Shown here one piece after another: positions 39,436-53,933 of a DNA stretch of 64,000 nucleotides (position 1 is its first letter; every line of letters starts with the position of its first letter). The notes under the pieces are model-generated. The model saw only the letters and a program-made list of their open reading frames with translations, searched no databases and was not told where the DNA came from. Made by a program: the position numbers and the translations under genes. The DNA is taken from the NCBI RefSeq assembly GCF_964204645.1, contig NC_134029.1, forward strand, positions 682,001-746,000, in the 5' to 3' direction. The DNA is from Tubulanus polymorphus (lineage: Eukaryota > Animalia > Nemertea).

Positions 39436-41108
39436 TGAGTAGACCGCGAAGACAGAGTAAAAAAATCTAGAAATTTTTCTATACCTTTCAATATAGCGAA
39501 ATACAAATGAAACGTTTCCGAAACGTTTTGTGTTTTGCCAGGATCAGAAAAAGTGACGAGGGTAAAATGTGATACAGTTTTATTAGTAGGTTAGCCGTGA
39601 TTATTGTATTTTCGACCCTGGCAGGTATTCAATAATTGAGCTGTTGTTGTTTTTACTATAATCATAATAATTACCGTGTGATATAGTTCTCTGTATTGTG
39701 TGTGTGTGCGTACTACGCCTACAGCTAGACCTAACCAGCATCGAGAATGATCTTCACTGAGCTCATGTCTCGAATCCCCTCTGGGGATACTTTCGTTTTT
39801 AAATCATTTCACGTGCAATTTGACATTCAATTTCCTGTTTTTTTCCGACGAGACCGACTAGCCCGACACATCCCCTCGATTCCTGTGGGTAATTACAGGC
39901 CAGATTTTATATCGTATGATATATAAAACCCCGCACTAAAACCACTGACGACAAGGATAAATGTGTAGATTGAAGAGATTATATGTGGTTTTTGCTTCGA
40001 GCTATCGACAGACTTGAAGTTTAGCTTTTAATGGCGCATAGTGGGAGCGTCAGGGTTTATAATCTAGACACCATGGTTGCACCAGTCACGAGGTAGGTTT
40101 CGATTGAACGAATTCCGGTTCCGGATTATTACGAACTCTTTGCCGGCCGTTTCTATCAAATCTGTAGTCTTGTCATGATTTAACTGAAAATACTAATTAA
40201 ATAGTGTAAATTATTCATTTTACTGTCATTCTTCCGGCATCTAAACATCGTAATCAGCGCCTAACAAGGTAAGACCTCCCTGAATGCCAAGTCTCTTTGT
40301 CACCGGTAACTTTAGTTTCCCTGATACAGGTGTTTATTGTTGAACTGTTAACACCTCCTACTGTTTAGAACGATCTATTACAGTAAGTTCTGATAGGAGG
40401 ATGATTTACGCTCTCTCCTCTCCGCCGCACACTGGTGTAATACGCGCAGAATGCTTCGCCACCCCCTCTACCACAGTTATACCTACACTGTAGGATTTAA
40501 ATAGTTCTAAAGCAAGGTGAGATGTTGGTTGCTGTTATATGTTCTGGACGCGGTAGTTTAGTAACCGGAGTAATTATCTAATGCCGCTGTATCTAACTGG
40601 GAGACTGGGGGATAGATCACCATTCTCCTATCTCCTCCTGAGTCTAGGTAAGTATTGGTATCATACATAGATTGATGGTTGTCTCGGGACTCGTAATGAA
40701 AATTGTAATCTCAGAGTCGTCAGACGTGAAACGTTGATGATTTCACGTAAGGGGTTCGGATTATTTTCGGTCATCAATAAATGGTGTGAGCCTTGTCGAT
40801 CTGAGATCTGTATTCTATAATTCTGCAGTTTAATGTCACTCTGTGGAGATTGTCGGCACCGTCACGTCTGTCTTACAGCTTCATAAATCTTTTATTTATA
40901 ATCAGACAAACGCTCACCCGCACCAATTCATCATCATTCTTGCTTTTTAATCTATAGAGTCTGCGGGTTTTTTAAATGCTGCCTCCAGTAGAAACCAGTC
41001 GTCGTCTAGAGGTTAATACGATTAAACACTGGCGCCTGTAGCTATGCATTTTAAATAGGATTACTTGGACATTTTTTGTAGAAGGACCGGTAGCCTGTAG
41101 TATATGCA

Positions 41109-41250
41109 GGGCCTAGATGCACAGTCGTGACCTAAGTAGAAGCTGCGGTCTTAAATCTTAAGATAGGGTGATAAGTTCGGATAGATCGGCTATAGAAGGA
41201 AGTTGGGCTCAGACCGGTCTTAAATCTAAGCCGTGACTGTGAAACTGGCC
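41109..41250 (-). mobile_element. Diverged, inverted copy of the 5912-6220 MITE family
   Basis: gggcctagatgcacagtcgtgac...agaccggtcttaaatctaagccgtgactgtgaaactggcc aligns to the reverse complement of 6087-6220. Partial copies at ~19805-19875 and ~38668-38735. Confidence 0.7.
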
Positions 41251-42733
41251 GTATCCTATCGCTCTGTGAAGTGGTAATTCTGAGACGAGTTTCTATTCAT
41301 GATTGGTCTTTGAGAATTCTTGTCGTTGATTCAGTCATACCGCGCCGGTTCAGAGATCGGTAAAAACGAAAAAAATCCTTTACGTAATTTACGTTTGAAT
41401 CGGAGCGAAAGGAGAGAAATTTGCTTTTGATTTGTCGGCGAATTTCTGACGCTGTTTTCTATGAGTGATCGTCATCATCGTCGCAAATTAAGGTTACTAC
41501 AAAATCCACTTGAAATCTTGAATCGTCGTTACATCATTTGTATCGTCTGCGAAGAACACGCGGAGTAACTCATCGATACACGAATCATGTACTCCGGCAC
41601 ACGATAATTGTATAAATCAGGGTTTTAAACCTCATCACATTCTATAAAACCCATCAACGTTTGTAGATCTAAGAAGCTCGTCCATTCACAGACCGGAGTT
41701 CCTCCGCGCACAAAACGTGATTCAAACTCGCAGTGGATGATTTTTTTTTCGTCCACTCGAATCGCGGTGAATAGAACTAAAATTACGCCGACGAAACGAC
41801 GACCACAAACCGTAAAATGCTGCTTACTTTATCCGAAAATTGCCATCGCTTACACGATTATTTTTTCCGGTGATATTTTATCGTCGGAACTCAATAGCAA
41901 CCGCGGTTCGTGACGTTGAAATCAAAACGCCATAATTTCACAAACGTCTTTTGAAAGATTTACTGATCTGCTCCTCAGCGGCGGTAGTGGTGATGATGCT
42001 GGCATATTCCAATCTTATCGAATCGAATCAACTCATCTCTGGAATGTTGACTTTAACTGAATTGTACACGCTGCAACTGTCCTAAAGATCTGACTCTGTA
42101 AACACAATCACTCTGATCAGTACTGTCAATAGATATACGCCGTGTAACAGTCACCGATGGTTCACTGTTGTTTGTCTTGTTTGTCCTGGTGTCGCCTCAT
42201 TCAACATACGATGAACGTCATCTTAAAGATGAATGGACCGATTTAAACCGGTCTCAGTTCAAATAATACGATAACTCGACGGACAAATATTCGCCGTATT
42301 CTCTCTCGCATACTGAAAAAATACCATTCGAATTTCTGGTGATCAGCTGCAGCGGCGTGTTGTAGTTTGTGTCGTCGGAATTAGCGGGAGTTTGATTGGA
42401 TTTTTACGCGCGCTGACACCGCGCGTTCTCTTGAGGAATAGGTTTTTACTCGGAATCAATCGTAGGAACTCCGTAGCTGACACACACACAGAAAAAAATC
42501 CTGTTTAGTTTGGTTATATTGAATTAGACTGGAGGATGTCGATGTAACGTCCCCTGGGTTTATTGTGACAGCTTGCGGTTTTAATACCACGTAACTCAAC
42601 CAATATGACGAGATCTAGTCGGGGAACTGATTTTAAAAGTGTAAATTGGCGCGGTGTGTTTTTATCGAGATATTTTTACAAGGAAAAAGGTCAGTTTTTA
42701 GATGATGAGGCGTCAATTTTCCTGCACAATATT

Positions 42734-43522
42734 AGAGGGAGAGGAAGAGGGAGAGGGAGAGGGAGAGGGAGAGGGAGAGGGAGAGGGAGAGGGAGAGGGA
42801 GAGGGAGAGGGAGAGCCAGGAGAGCCAGGAGAGGTAGACCCAGGGGGAGAGAGGGAGAGGTAGACCCAGGGGAGAGAGGGAGAGGTAGACCCAGGGGAGA
42901 GAGGGAGAGGTAGACCCAGGGGAGAGAGGGAGAGGTAGACCCAGGGGGAGAGAGGGAGAGGTAGACCCAGGGGGAGAGAGGGAGAGGTAGACCCAGGGGG
43001 AGAGAGGGAGAGGTAGACCCAGGGGGAGAGAGGGAGAGGTAGACCCAGGGGGAGAGAGGGAGAGGTAGACCCAGGGGGAGAGAGGGAGAGGTAGACCCAG
43101 GGGGAGAGAGGGAGAGGTAGACCCAGGGGGAGAGAGGGAGAGGTAGACCCAGGGGAGAGAGGGAGAGGTAGACCCAGGGGAGAGAGGGAGAGGTAGACCC
43201 AGGGGAGAGAGGGAGAGGTAGACCCAGGGGGAGAGAGGGAGAGGTAGACCCAGGGGAGAGAGGGAGAGGTAGACCCAGGGGAGAGAGGGAGAGGTAGACC
43301 CAGGGGGAGAGAGGGAGAGGTAGACCCAGGGGGAGAGAGGGAGAGGTAGACCCAGGGGGAGAGAGGGAGAGGTAGACCCAGGGGAGAGAGGGAGAGGTAG
43401 ACCCAGGGGAGAGAGGGAGAGGTAGACCCAGGGGGAGAGCCAGGAGAGGTAGACCCAGGGGAGAGAGGGAGAGGTAGACCCAGGGGGAGAGAGGGAGAGG
43501 TAGACCCAGGGGGAGAGAGGGA
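42734..43522. repeat. (GAGAGG)n hexamer followed by a 25/26-bp minisatellite (~27 copies)
   Basis: Hexamer at ~42734-42813, then the unit cagggg(g)agagagggagaggtagacc. Confidence 0.95.
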
Positions 43523-45141
43523 AAGTAAATGTGAGTTGAGAGAGGGATGTATTGATCTATTTGATCAATTTACACAAACACGAGAGAAAGTGTAGAAAGA
43601 TGAATCGACGCGCGTCGCCTGGAAATGTTTCAATTAAAATTGAAATTGATTCTCAAGTAGTTCATTGAAGTGAAGTAGATTGTAGAAGAATAGTTGAGAG
43701 GTTTAGAACCCGCCGCCGCGGGAGTGCGGTGTAGTGCCGTATAGTGCGGTAGTGATGGTGGTTTTTAATGAAATTGAGTCACAACCACGCGAAGTCATCG
43801 GGCTATTATTGTATGGTCGGTTTTGAGTTCAGTTGAAGCGACGTGAAAGACTCATCATTCCTGTCACTCTTCTGTCGTCTCTGCTGTCGTCGATTTGCTG
43901 TTTTTCAATTCAAATTGATGAGATATGAATTCATAGAAATAATCTACAATACAATTTCAATTTGAAGGAAAGGCTACAAACCGTTATATATACCGAGTTG
44001 GATAGGAAATATTACTATTAGATTGCACAATTTGTAAGGTTCTAGGATACAGAAAACTGCCTCACTCGCGTTTAACGTCGTAGTTTCTTTTGATATATAT
44101 CATGATAATGATAATGATAATGATAATGATATTAATACTTAATTTCGGACAACGGTCCATGAAATAAATCATGAATAAATTAGATTTTATAAAAGCGGTG
44201 ATTATACAATACCGAACAGATATACAATCTTTAGAGTCAGATTTTGTAAATTGATTCTGCGAAGAAATGAATAGTTTCGACTTTAAACCGTAGATCACTG
44301 GTATCTGCGTCTAATGCAGTGACGTATTTGTCGGTTAATTGTTGTTGATATGACGACTGATTGGAATGGTTTTTCTCTCCCCGAACTCGGTTACAGTTTC
44401 TATTTTATAATGAAGTTTTATCGTTATTTACGTTTTTGATTGCGACGATAAAACACGACTTTCACTGTCTCGCCGTCGGTTCAGCAGAGCGTTAGTGATT
44501 TTTACGACGATTTTCTGAGAGAGTGATTTTTACGAGTTCGGAACGGTGACGATTCTTCGACTCGGCGAGGCTATTGCTCTCAATTATCGCGGCTTACAGC
44601 TATTAGGCTTATACTGCTAGACGCTATATCATCCTTCAGTCCTTAATTGGACCCCCGGAACTACTGTTGCCCGATTGTTGTATCTCTGGACGATCAGTAC
44701 CTCGATTTAAGCCTGGTTAAGCTTCATTAAGCTTCATTATAGAAGTCATTAGATCTGTACAAATAGTCACGATCAGCACACTTATACTCGCCACCTTATT
44801 AACCCTGCGAACACTTATCCGATGGGCCACTAAGGAGACCCCTATCGCGGAGTCGTACGCCAACCAGTCCCTGAATGCTCTGTTTAAAAACGTGATATGA
44901 CGGTTACCATGGAGTCAAAGTCTTTATAGTCGACACCCGATAAACTGCCACCTCTGCCTAAGGCCAGGTTTTTTTGAACGGAACATCTGTATTCTGTTTT
45001 GGAACAATGAAGCCCCTGATATACCGCCATACTCCCTATACCGCCAAAATCCTGATGAAGGCTGATGGGCGAGATTAACTGCAAATCACGTGGTTGTAGC
45101 CAGAACTGGTGCCACCCTGTCCCTCCCTACGATCCCCCATC

Positions 45142-45337
45142 CCCTGAATATCATATCCCTGTAGGCCCTTCCCTCACCTCTGAGACCCCCTCCTGGATAT
45201 CATATCCCAGTAGGCCCTGCCCTCGCCTCTGAGACCCCCTCCCGGATATCATATCCCAGTAGGCCCTGCCCTCGCCTCTGAGACCCCCTCCTGGATATTA
45301 TGTCCCTGTAGGCCCTGCCCTCGCCTCTGAAAACCCC
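45142..45337. repeat. 49-bp tandem repeat, ~4 copies
   Basis: gatatcatatcccagtaggccctgccctcgcctctgagaccccctcctg, at 45196 and 45245 plus flanking variants. Confidence 0.92.
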
Positions 45338-45843
45338 ATTCTCCTGTAGATCAGTCCAAGTCGTCGATGAATCAGACATGAATTTTCTCCGCTGCTCGCA
45401 ATAACTGAGATGATGAATAGAATTGAGGTTTCGGTCGCGTTTTACGATCGTAAAATATGCGACATTATGAGCTGAGATGATGTGATCGGAGACGGAGTTT
45501 ACCTCATAAATATCATCACGAGTTTCTCTCGAACGAGCTGTTCTACAATCTTACCTCTATTCTGTAGAGTGTCGTATTAATAATTGATTCTATCTCCCAA
45601 TTGAAGACCGTAAAGAGTAAATCAAAAGTCGTTACAATTTAATTATTGAAACTCGATGTTTTGATTGCGTTGATCTAACGTGTTTGATAATCGCATTAGT
45701 CGATTTACGGTAATTACAGTAAATCTGCTAATACTTCATCCAGATTGCCGCCACTCGACGATCCATGGTTTCTGGAGAATTTAAAAAAAAAATGGTACAA
45801 ACCGTGATGCAGAAAATGTTTCCTGCGTTTCATCGAGATTAAC

Positions 45844-45848
45844 AAAAA
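45844..45848 (-). terminator. RNA Pol III terminator (T5) of tRNA-Ser
   Basis: TTTTT on the minus strand about 20 nt downstream of the tRNA 3' end. Confidence 0.75.
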
Positions 45849-45867
45849 TATCGTGAGAGGACATATT

Positions 45868-45949
45868 CGCTGCGAGTAGGGTTCGAACCTACGCGGGAAG
45901 ATCCCATTGGATTTCAAGTCCAACGCCTTAACCACTCGGCCATCGCAGC
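45868..45949 (-). tRNA. tRNA-Ser-TGA: tRNA-Ser, anticodon TGA (intronless, 82 nt)
   Basis: GCTGCGA-TGGCCGAGTGGTTAAGGCG-TTGGA cTTGAaa TCCAA-long variable arm-GTAGG TTCGAAC CCTAC-TCGCAGC-G. All stems pair, the A and B boxes are intact and the discriminator base is G. Confidence 0.97.
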
Positions 45950-47486
45950 TGGTTGACAATGACTGACATGGTGACGACCAGTGCAATGTTCAAAATTCGG
46001 AAAGTTTGAAGCAGTTCAGAATCTCGTTAACTCTGAACTTATGAATCTCTCGAGTGATTACTGCATCATTTACAGAACAAATCCTCGATCCCCTGCCGGG
46101 ACTCTTCAACGTTTAGGCGTTGAAACGAAAATCTTTGAAGAGTTCTGAAGTCTTTTTGTGGACTTATAAAAATCAATCCGTTCTGCTTTGAAGATGTACT
46201 GAACGCCTTCTTCTAGAGGGACCGCATCTAAAGCAGCTGGGGAACTTTTTATAGATTTCATATTGCGTTTATAGCATCTTCGAGCTTAAAAAGTTAAATC
46301 AGACCCACAAAACTGCGGTCGAGTCAATATTGGAAAAGTGACAGAAACCGAAGAGAGTTTCGAAATATCCGTTTTTCATGTTCGTCACTTGATAAAATAA
46401 TCATCGTCTTCGAATATTCGATAATCTTGAATGAGCGACGTTGTGGAAACTTGGTTAATGAATTCGTCGTAAAAACTATTGATAATCGAAGTACTACAAA
46501 CTCCTCACATATATAATAATAACCATGTCAATCAGTGTTTCATAATGATGAGACTTTTATACCGTCGCTAATTGACTCGCGCATCTTCCGCTGTCTACTG
46601 ATTCTTCAGAACATCTCTCAGAAATCTATTATACCGAATCAGAGTCTTTGTTGATTATAATCTACCCTGGGATTCGGTAGTTAGTCGTAGATATTAGGTT
46701 TATTAAAAGTTTGTTAAATTGTCTTTTTATGTTACTTCAGAGAGTTTTTCCAACGACTGTCTGTCTGTCTGTTTGTTTGTTCTGTAAAAACCTCTATTAC
46801 AACTCGCTTTCAGAGCTATTGGTCAAGCCGCGTATGAGAAAAGATTTTCTCCATTGACCACTCGTCGCGTTGGTCCGCCTCTCTACTGTGAAGGCAGTCA
46901 GTACAAATTATAATCATTGGACGCAAAAGAACACCAGAAACGGTTTATTATTGAGGCAGTTTTTGTCGTTATGTCAGTTTCCCTGGCGATGATCGTGACT
47001 TTCAGGACACGATGACGATTCCCAGTTCTCTACTAGGCTGGTAATCCAATATCGAGTTCTACCAATCAGCAGTGTCTCGGGAGACAAGACTCTATCTGTT
47101 CTACAACAACTGATTGCTGTAGATATCCCTGTAATTATTACTGATGATTCAACACTCATCAAACAAGAAGCCGTACGAGAATCCGATCCTTAACAAATTA
47201 ACCGCAAATCAGTTATAAATCTGTGTGTATAAATCGAATCAGTTGTGAGAAGGTCGCTGTGGGTGAGAGTTCTTAGAGAAACTACAGATGTAGTGAGTTG
47301 TTTAGAGGTAGTTCGTACACGGGTGCAGCTTGTAAACATCAATGCGAGTTGATTTCATGCCGGAAGACTCATCATCCTCTGCACGGTGTATCACTCATCA
47401 CATACCGTGTTTACATGCAGTTTATAAAGGTCTGGTTTATGCGGGCAGGTGCAAATCTGTGAAAATCTCCTATAGAAACCTGTAAA

Positions 47487-47523
<37 letters not shown>

Positions 47524-47726
47524 ATACGGTCTTGTCATTAGATTCGCGTAGATAATTAGGAATCCTATGGATTTTGTTTTCGCTAAGGCGTCAAAACGCA
47601 CGTTTAGAAGTTAGTATGTATATAAATATAGGAATCTGTATGATACCACTTTTGTTTATCTTTAACTGTTTTGTATTCAGAGATTTTATATTTTTCTCAC
47701 CTCTCCTTCCGTTTTTCTCATTTCAG

Positions 47727-47780
47727 GTCGCATCGATTGTGAAAATTACTGTATTCAGCGCAAGTGAATTCATCGATTTG
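47727..47780 (+). other. Candidate 54-nt internal exon
   Basis: Long polypyrimidine tract ending tttcag|, and consensus donor TTG|gtaagt. One frame is open (VASIVKITVFSASEFIDL). Confidence 0.5.
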
Positions 47781-50700
47781 GTAAGTAATATTAAATACTA
47801 GCGCAGTAGATCAGTGAATCGAATATTATATTACGCAATTCTACACTAGTGAATAGTATTGGTAAGAACTCTAGATCCAGTTCCACAGCTGTGCATGAGT
47901 TATACTTTAATTATAGAGTTAACTAATTAAAAATGAAGTAATTTGACTCTTCAGTCGAGTCCTAGTAAAACACCGTAAAACCGGCTCCATCCCCGCTGAA
48001 ACACGACTGAAAATTATAGTATTATAATATATAGAGTTTAAAGACGCTACCACTAAATCAGTTATTTCTATCGGTCAGTAACTCCATGTAAGGACACAGC
48101 CGACCCGTCGTCGCATCAGTAAACTTATTAATTCATATCTGAGCATTTCACTTTCGTGATTGCCCCAAGGATTAGCAGGATCAGCGATATATTCTATAGA
48201 ATATAGTATCTATAAGTTAATAAGTGACTAATCAGGGAGATCGAAGATACCTCCTGAACATTTCCGTCAAGATCATGGAGCGGGCGGCGTTTTCAGAACA
48301 AGTACTTAGAAATGTTAACGAAAATGTTATCGCTTTTAAGGAATAACTGCTGAGTTTCTGTGCGGGTAGTGTTAAAATAGTTCTCGCTCTGTCGGGGTTT
48401 TACAAACTGATGGGTAAAGAACACGTGTATAAAATGGATGTAAACATTAGACTGCGTCCTAAGAGAAAACCCTTTAACAGTGAAGTAAACGTTATTATCA
48501 GTTCCTGTTGTGTTGAAGAATACTTAACGATAAAGTGCGGTCCACTTGTCCGATACTTACCGGCTGATAAGAGTGGTAAGTCCAGAGTGGAGTGGACGCG
48601 AAAGGTCGCGCCGAGACGGTGAAATTAAGATTTCTATATCGAGCCTGCAGCCGCCAGTGTTAATAGTGATTTTATACGACCATTCTGGAGATTTGATTGA
48701 TAAACATTTGGTCGAGGATAGCAAACTTCACCATTCCTGCGGCTGTTATCATATTTCTCTACAGATTCTTGTGAAGCCGCGATCGCACGAGCGTTCTCGA
48801 CCCGGCTCAGATTTGGCCCGTACCAAAAAAGACCGGCGGACCATCGTTCACGTTGGTAGGGACTGTGCCTGTGAAAAACGTCAGACCCGTGCCACATTTT
48901 AGCACGGGTCAAAATATTCCGCGTAAATGCTACTATAACTGGTTCTGGAAGTGACTCACTTCGTTTGCCACAGCATTATTTTGATCCTCACAAAAATTGA
49001 ATTTTGCAAATTTCACGTCAAATTTTGACGACTGAATACCGATAATCTGCCATCATGAAATTCGTTTCACAGTCCATGCATATGTATGGTATCTGTGATG
49101 ACGTTTTATGTAACGTATCGATCGGTTCGTCTGATAACGGCTAAAACTCTCTACTGAAAATACTTCAAACAAGTTTTCAAAAACAGTTTTCATGTATATC
49201 CGAATTTCTGTTCACATATTGGTATATGATCTACTGTGAACCTATCGATGAATGAATAATTGAAAGAGCTATTACTCGTCTCTACTCGCGTGGTCGGCCC
49301 TTCTCAAATATAAAACACTCTTATCCTTTGAGATATTCATCTTATATTCAGCAGTAATTTCCTGTGAATTACGCCATTGAAAGTTGGTAACAGCGCTTAA
49401 AGACTGCTGTTAATCTATAGTGAGTCGATAAGGCGAATAGACGAACAAACAGTTTACAAATTGTCGCTTTCTCTTCTCTTGAGACCAGAAAGATGTTTGC
49501 CATAGTTATTTCTTCCTATTCCACAATTATTACTGATTACTGTTAAACTCATCTGCTTTCGCTCAGTGATGAAGATAATGAATGATTCCACAATCGATGA
49601 TATTTCAAAGTTTATCGGAAATTCACATTCTTTTAAAAAGATATAAATCTATTACTGTTTCTCGAGAGATGGGATTGAGAAAGATAGTCTCAAAACTGTC
49701 AGATAGACAAATTCATCCTTAGTTCGGCATGATGTCGACGACTCGTCCAAATGACGATTTACATTTAGTAGATTACATTGGAAATGTGAATTAGTAGAGA
49801 ATATAAAAATATAGACGATTTGAGAGTGACACGACGACGACTTATCCAAATGACGTCTCTCAGTAGAGTTTGACAGAACAGAGACTATTGATAACAAAGA
49901 GATTCAAGACGTGAATCAAAAATATCATCGGGTTAAAAATGTTTCATTGTTAGAAAACTGGCAGACAAGCGAATATCATACTTTGATACATATGATATTC
50001 ATACGATATTTATTATGCACTCAATAATTCAAATGCTGTTTTGAGAGAAGCAAACACTGTAGACAAGCATGTCTGCGTACACCAGCTTGTCGATTCTTGT
50101 AGGTTATTTTGTCTGTGCAGAAAACACTTTTAAAACGACCAATCGCTGTTTCGTTGACTAATAAACCGTTAATGCGAGGTATCATACTGCGGAGTACATT
50201 GTTGTTATTGAGTAAATTCGCGCTATTTTTACAATAGTTTCAGGTGCAGATACTTACAACGGAAATGACAGACTTTGAAGAATATCCACTCTACTATTTT
50301 ACGATAAGGCGTATTTAACGAGTGTTGTTTGAAACGATTTGAAGTCGGGGTGCAGCACTTCGGTCTCGGTTCTATAAGTGTCCATTGTTTCCAAAACGAA
50401 TCGTTGATAACTACAAACAGGAAAACTGTTTAAATTTTCATCGATGTTTGAATCGATAAAGCGGTAACTGCAGCAGCTTACACGGGTAAAACTTTACCAA
50501 TAACAGCCTATTAACTGTCTATATCTGGTCTATACACGCCGGCAAAACCGATTCCAGTTACAGAATTTTAAAATCTATTTTAAAAATATTCAAAAGTACA
50601 TAACCATAATTATATAAACATCAGTCGAAGTAGAGGGGGTAGCCTTCGGTGTCGCAATTATGTACTTCGATTTCGAGCAAACATTCCGCAAATTCGACCA

Positions 50701-53700
50701 TCTTTATTTCAAACCATTCGTTTCGTTCCCGGCAGGTGTGGTGGTTTTGTAAGCGACACAAGAAAGACATTTGGTTCATTAAGCATTCCCGTGATAGGAT
50801 TGTCCAACAAAGACAACACCCCAGACAAATGGTCACTTTTTCTCGATATAGATATATATGACATTACCGCGGAGGGCTTTTATGGAACATAGGTCTAAAA
50901 GTGGTAAGGAATCATCATCAGCAGCAGAAGCAGCAGCTGTAGTTCGGCGTCTATTACACGTACATCCATTCTAATGCATTAGTATCGTGTGGTTTGAATT
51001 ACTGATAGAAACTGTCAGTTACTGATGTCCCGAACTGATATCTCTACTACCGGTGATAGATTACGTTACACAGTCACCGATGCTTGTCATATCAGCCGTT
51101 GTCAACTTTGACTTTTTACCTCTGTTTGCCGCGTGTGCATGACAGTAGAAATAAATACCGCGATGCCGTGATAAAGTCTCACGCCCCCTTCCCCCGACCC
51201 CGACCCCCCATTCATTAATAAATTTATAACTTCTGAAATATATAAGATAAACAATTTCTATATCAATATTTTTTCAATTTTCTTATCATCTTCATTTGTC
51301 AATACAAATATATTTTGAACTATCTCTACAATTATAGGACGTGTTGTCTTGTTGTTAAGCTTGTCGGGAATAGAAATGGTAGTTTTCACACAGTTCGGTG
51401 ACAAGTTTTCTCTCACCACAGGAAACTTGTTTATTCACTATTCTACTAGTAATTACAATATTTTGATCATATATTTAACCAGCAGGGGACGTTTAAACCC
51501 GAGGGTATCTGTCTCGTTAAGTCTTAATGCGGCTGAAAGCGGTAAAATATGTCCTCCAGTGAAAATGTAAGTGTTGCAATAAAAATCAAGCGGTTTTTGA
51601 AATGTACCGTTAAATTTAAAAACGATCCAGCGATCTGTGAAACCTTTGTTATTCACGTTGTAACACGGCACCACTTTGTATCATGGTTATTGACAGTTTG
51701 TAAAAGAATAAAGACTTTATAAACCTTACAACGCCCTTAAACACTTCAAATTCTAGAGCGAACTATTGTAGAAATTCGGGATAGAGTAAAAAACAGGCAA
51801 GAACAAGAATAGCGCGAACAAATAGACAGAACAGTGAACCAGAGAACGAAGTCTGAACATTTTTAGTTCGTTCAAGATTCTAATTGATGTATTGTGTAAT
51901 TTCTTTGAACGTGTTCATCCTTTTCTTTAATCCGCACGTGTTTTTACTTCTAAAACACGACCCGGTGAGAAGAAAGAAAAAAGAGCGAGGGAAGAGAAAG
52001 AAGAGAGAGAGAGATAGAGAAGGAAAGCTCTCAATCGTAAACAGTAGAACCAGTAGAACCAGACACTATACCAGCGATTGATGTTCGAAACCTTTCTTTT
52101 ATTTATCTATATATATATATATATATAGTATACAGCAGTCTCACGTGTCGCAATAGATTGAGTTCTTTTCAACAAAAAACATTCCTGCATTTTTCTATCC
52201 ACCTAAACAAACAGAGAGCATCATCTTGTTTAGTTCAGTTGCGGCCTGTGTGTATTAAGTCATTCTGGCAAACTTTAGCGTTGATCATGATGAATTTATA
52301 TCGGAGTCGATTACAAAATGTTTCTAACGTTTGAATAATTCAGTCGCTTGTAAATTACCCATTTAATTTCGCAGCTAGAGTTTAATAGGTTTGTGTCGAG
52401 TCCCCGGTGAGATATCGGTTACAATCATCTCCAGCATCTCTACAGCTTGTACTGTAAAATTTAATTATCTTTTCACAACCCGTTGTGCGTACACAACCAA
52501 TTAGTCGCTGTGATTAAAATTACCCCGTACTCCTCAGAGATTGTGCTGTTATGTTTTAAAGAGTCCCGGAGGAAATTTCTAGTCGAATTCGTTTCGTATT
52601 CGGGCAGGTTTTGTTTTAAGATGTTATTTTGATGTTGTTGCCGTTTGTTTCAGACATCGAAAATGCATTTATTCTCTAGGAAGCAATCGATTTACATCCG
52701 GAAAAACCGTGTCCGTCTATTTGTGATTGTATTCAATGCAAACTTTTCACGGCAAACTTAATATCACACAGTTAAGATAGCATCACACAACAATATCCCA
52801 CGCCATATAGAAAAACAGCGCGAAATGTGCCCTTGAGCTTGGAGCTTATTCGACGTTTCGACTACAACCTTATAGCGACCTGCAGCAATACTATGTCTCA
52901 ACTGCTGAGTCGGGAATCTCTGAATAAGACTATTAGGAAAAAAACATTGAAAAAACTACGAGTTCAGGATGCTTGTATTCCTGAGGATAATGCATGATTA
53001 TTACGATAAAGTCGAAACATCAAATGAATACTAGTTCAAAGAATTATTTTGGACCCTTTTTATCGTCAGTGTAAGATTTGATATCATCTTTACAGCACTC
53101 ACTCGGCATAAAACCATACAATACTATATTATAGAATATATTCATATCAATATATTACGAAACACCATTAAAAAAAAATTAATTCATTCATTTTTATCAA
53201 TACGTTTCGCTTTGCGTCTTTTTCCACGATCGATGTCATTTTCAGCCAGCCACCATAATTCAGAGTGAATCTAACAACTTCTTCCTTCTGATCATGATCA
53301 GATTAAACTAAAACCGGCTATTGTCACTTATAAAGTCGACTATCTCGAATCGAGCTGTCACTTCGACGTAACTTGATCCAGCATTAATTTTTAATCGCAG
53401 CTGTTTATATCGTGCAGTTATTCTACATTGTTAACGAGTAGGAAGAATATTTGCGGCGTGATGTGACAGTTGTCAGTCAATCATACGTCCCAATCTCTGC
53501 ACGATATATAAATGTACAACCGATATTGAGATATTATTGAGATATTGAGATATTGAGAAAGAGAGAGAGAGAGAGAAATGAGCGATCACACACACACAGA
53601 CCAAGCTGACGGCGGCAAGCGGGATATGACGTATGCAAGAATTTGCTCGCTGGGAAATAAGATAATTTCATCGCCGGGAGTTGTGTCTAAATGTGTCTAA

Positions 53701-53787
53701 ATGCGACGGTGCGAAGTTATGTGTCAACATTGTACATCGTGCATATAACATTGATATACACATAATTGAATTCACAGTAATGAGTAA

Positions 53788-53933
<146 letters not shown>

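Noticed and set aside
38993-39506. Glu/Arg-rich and Ser/Leu-rich ORFs (likewise 42605, 53681, 56695)
   Set aside because: Translations of GA/CT low-complexity tracts.
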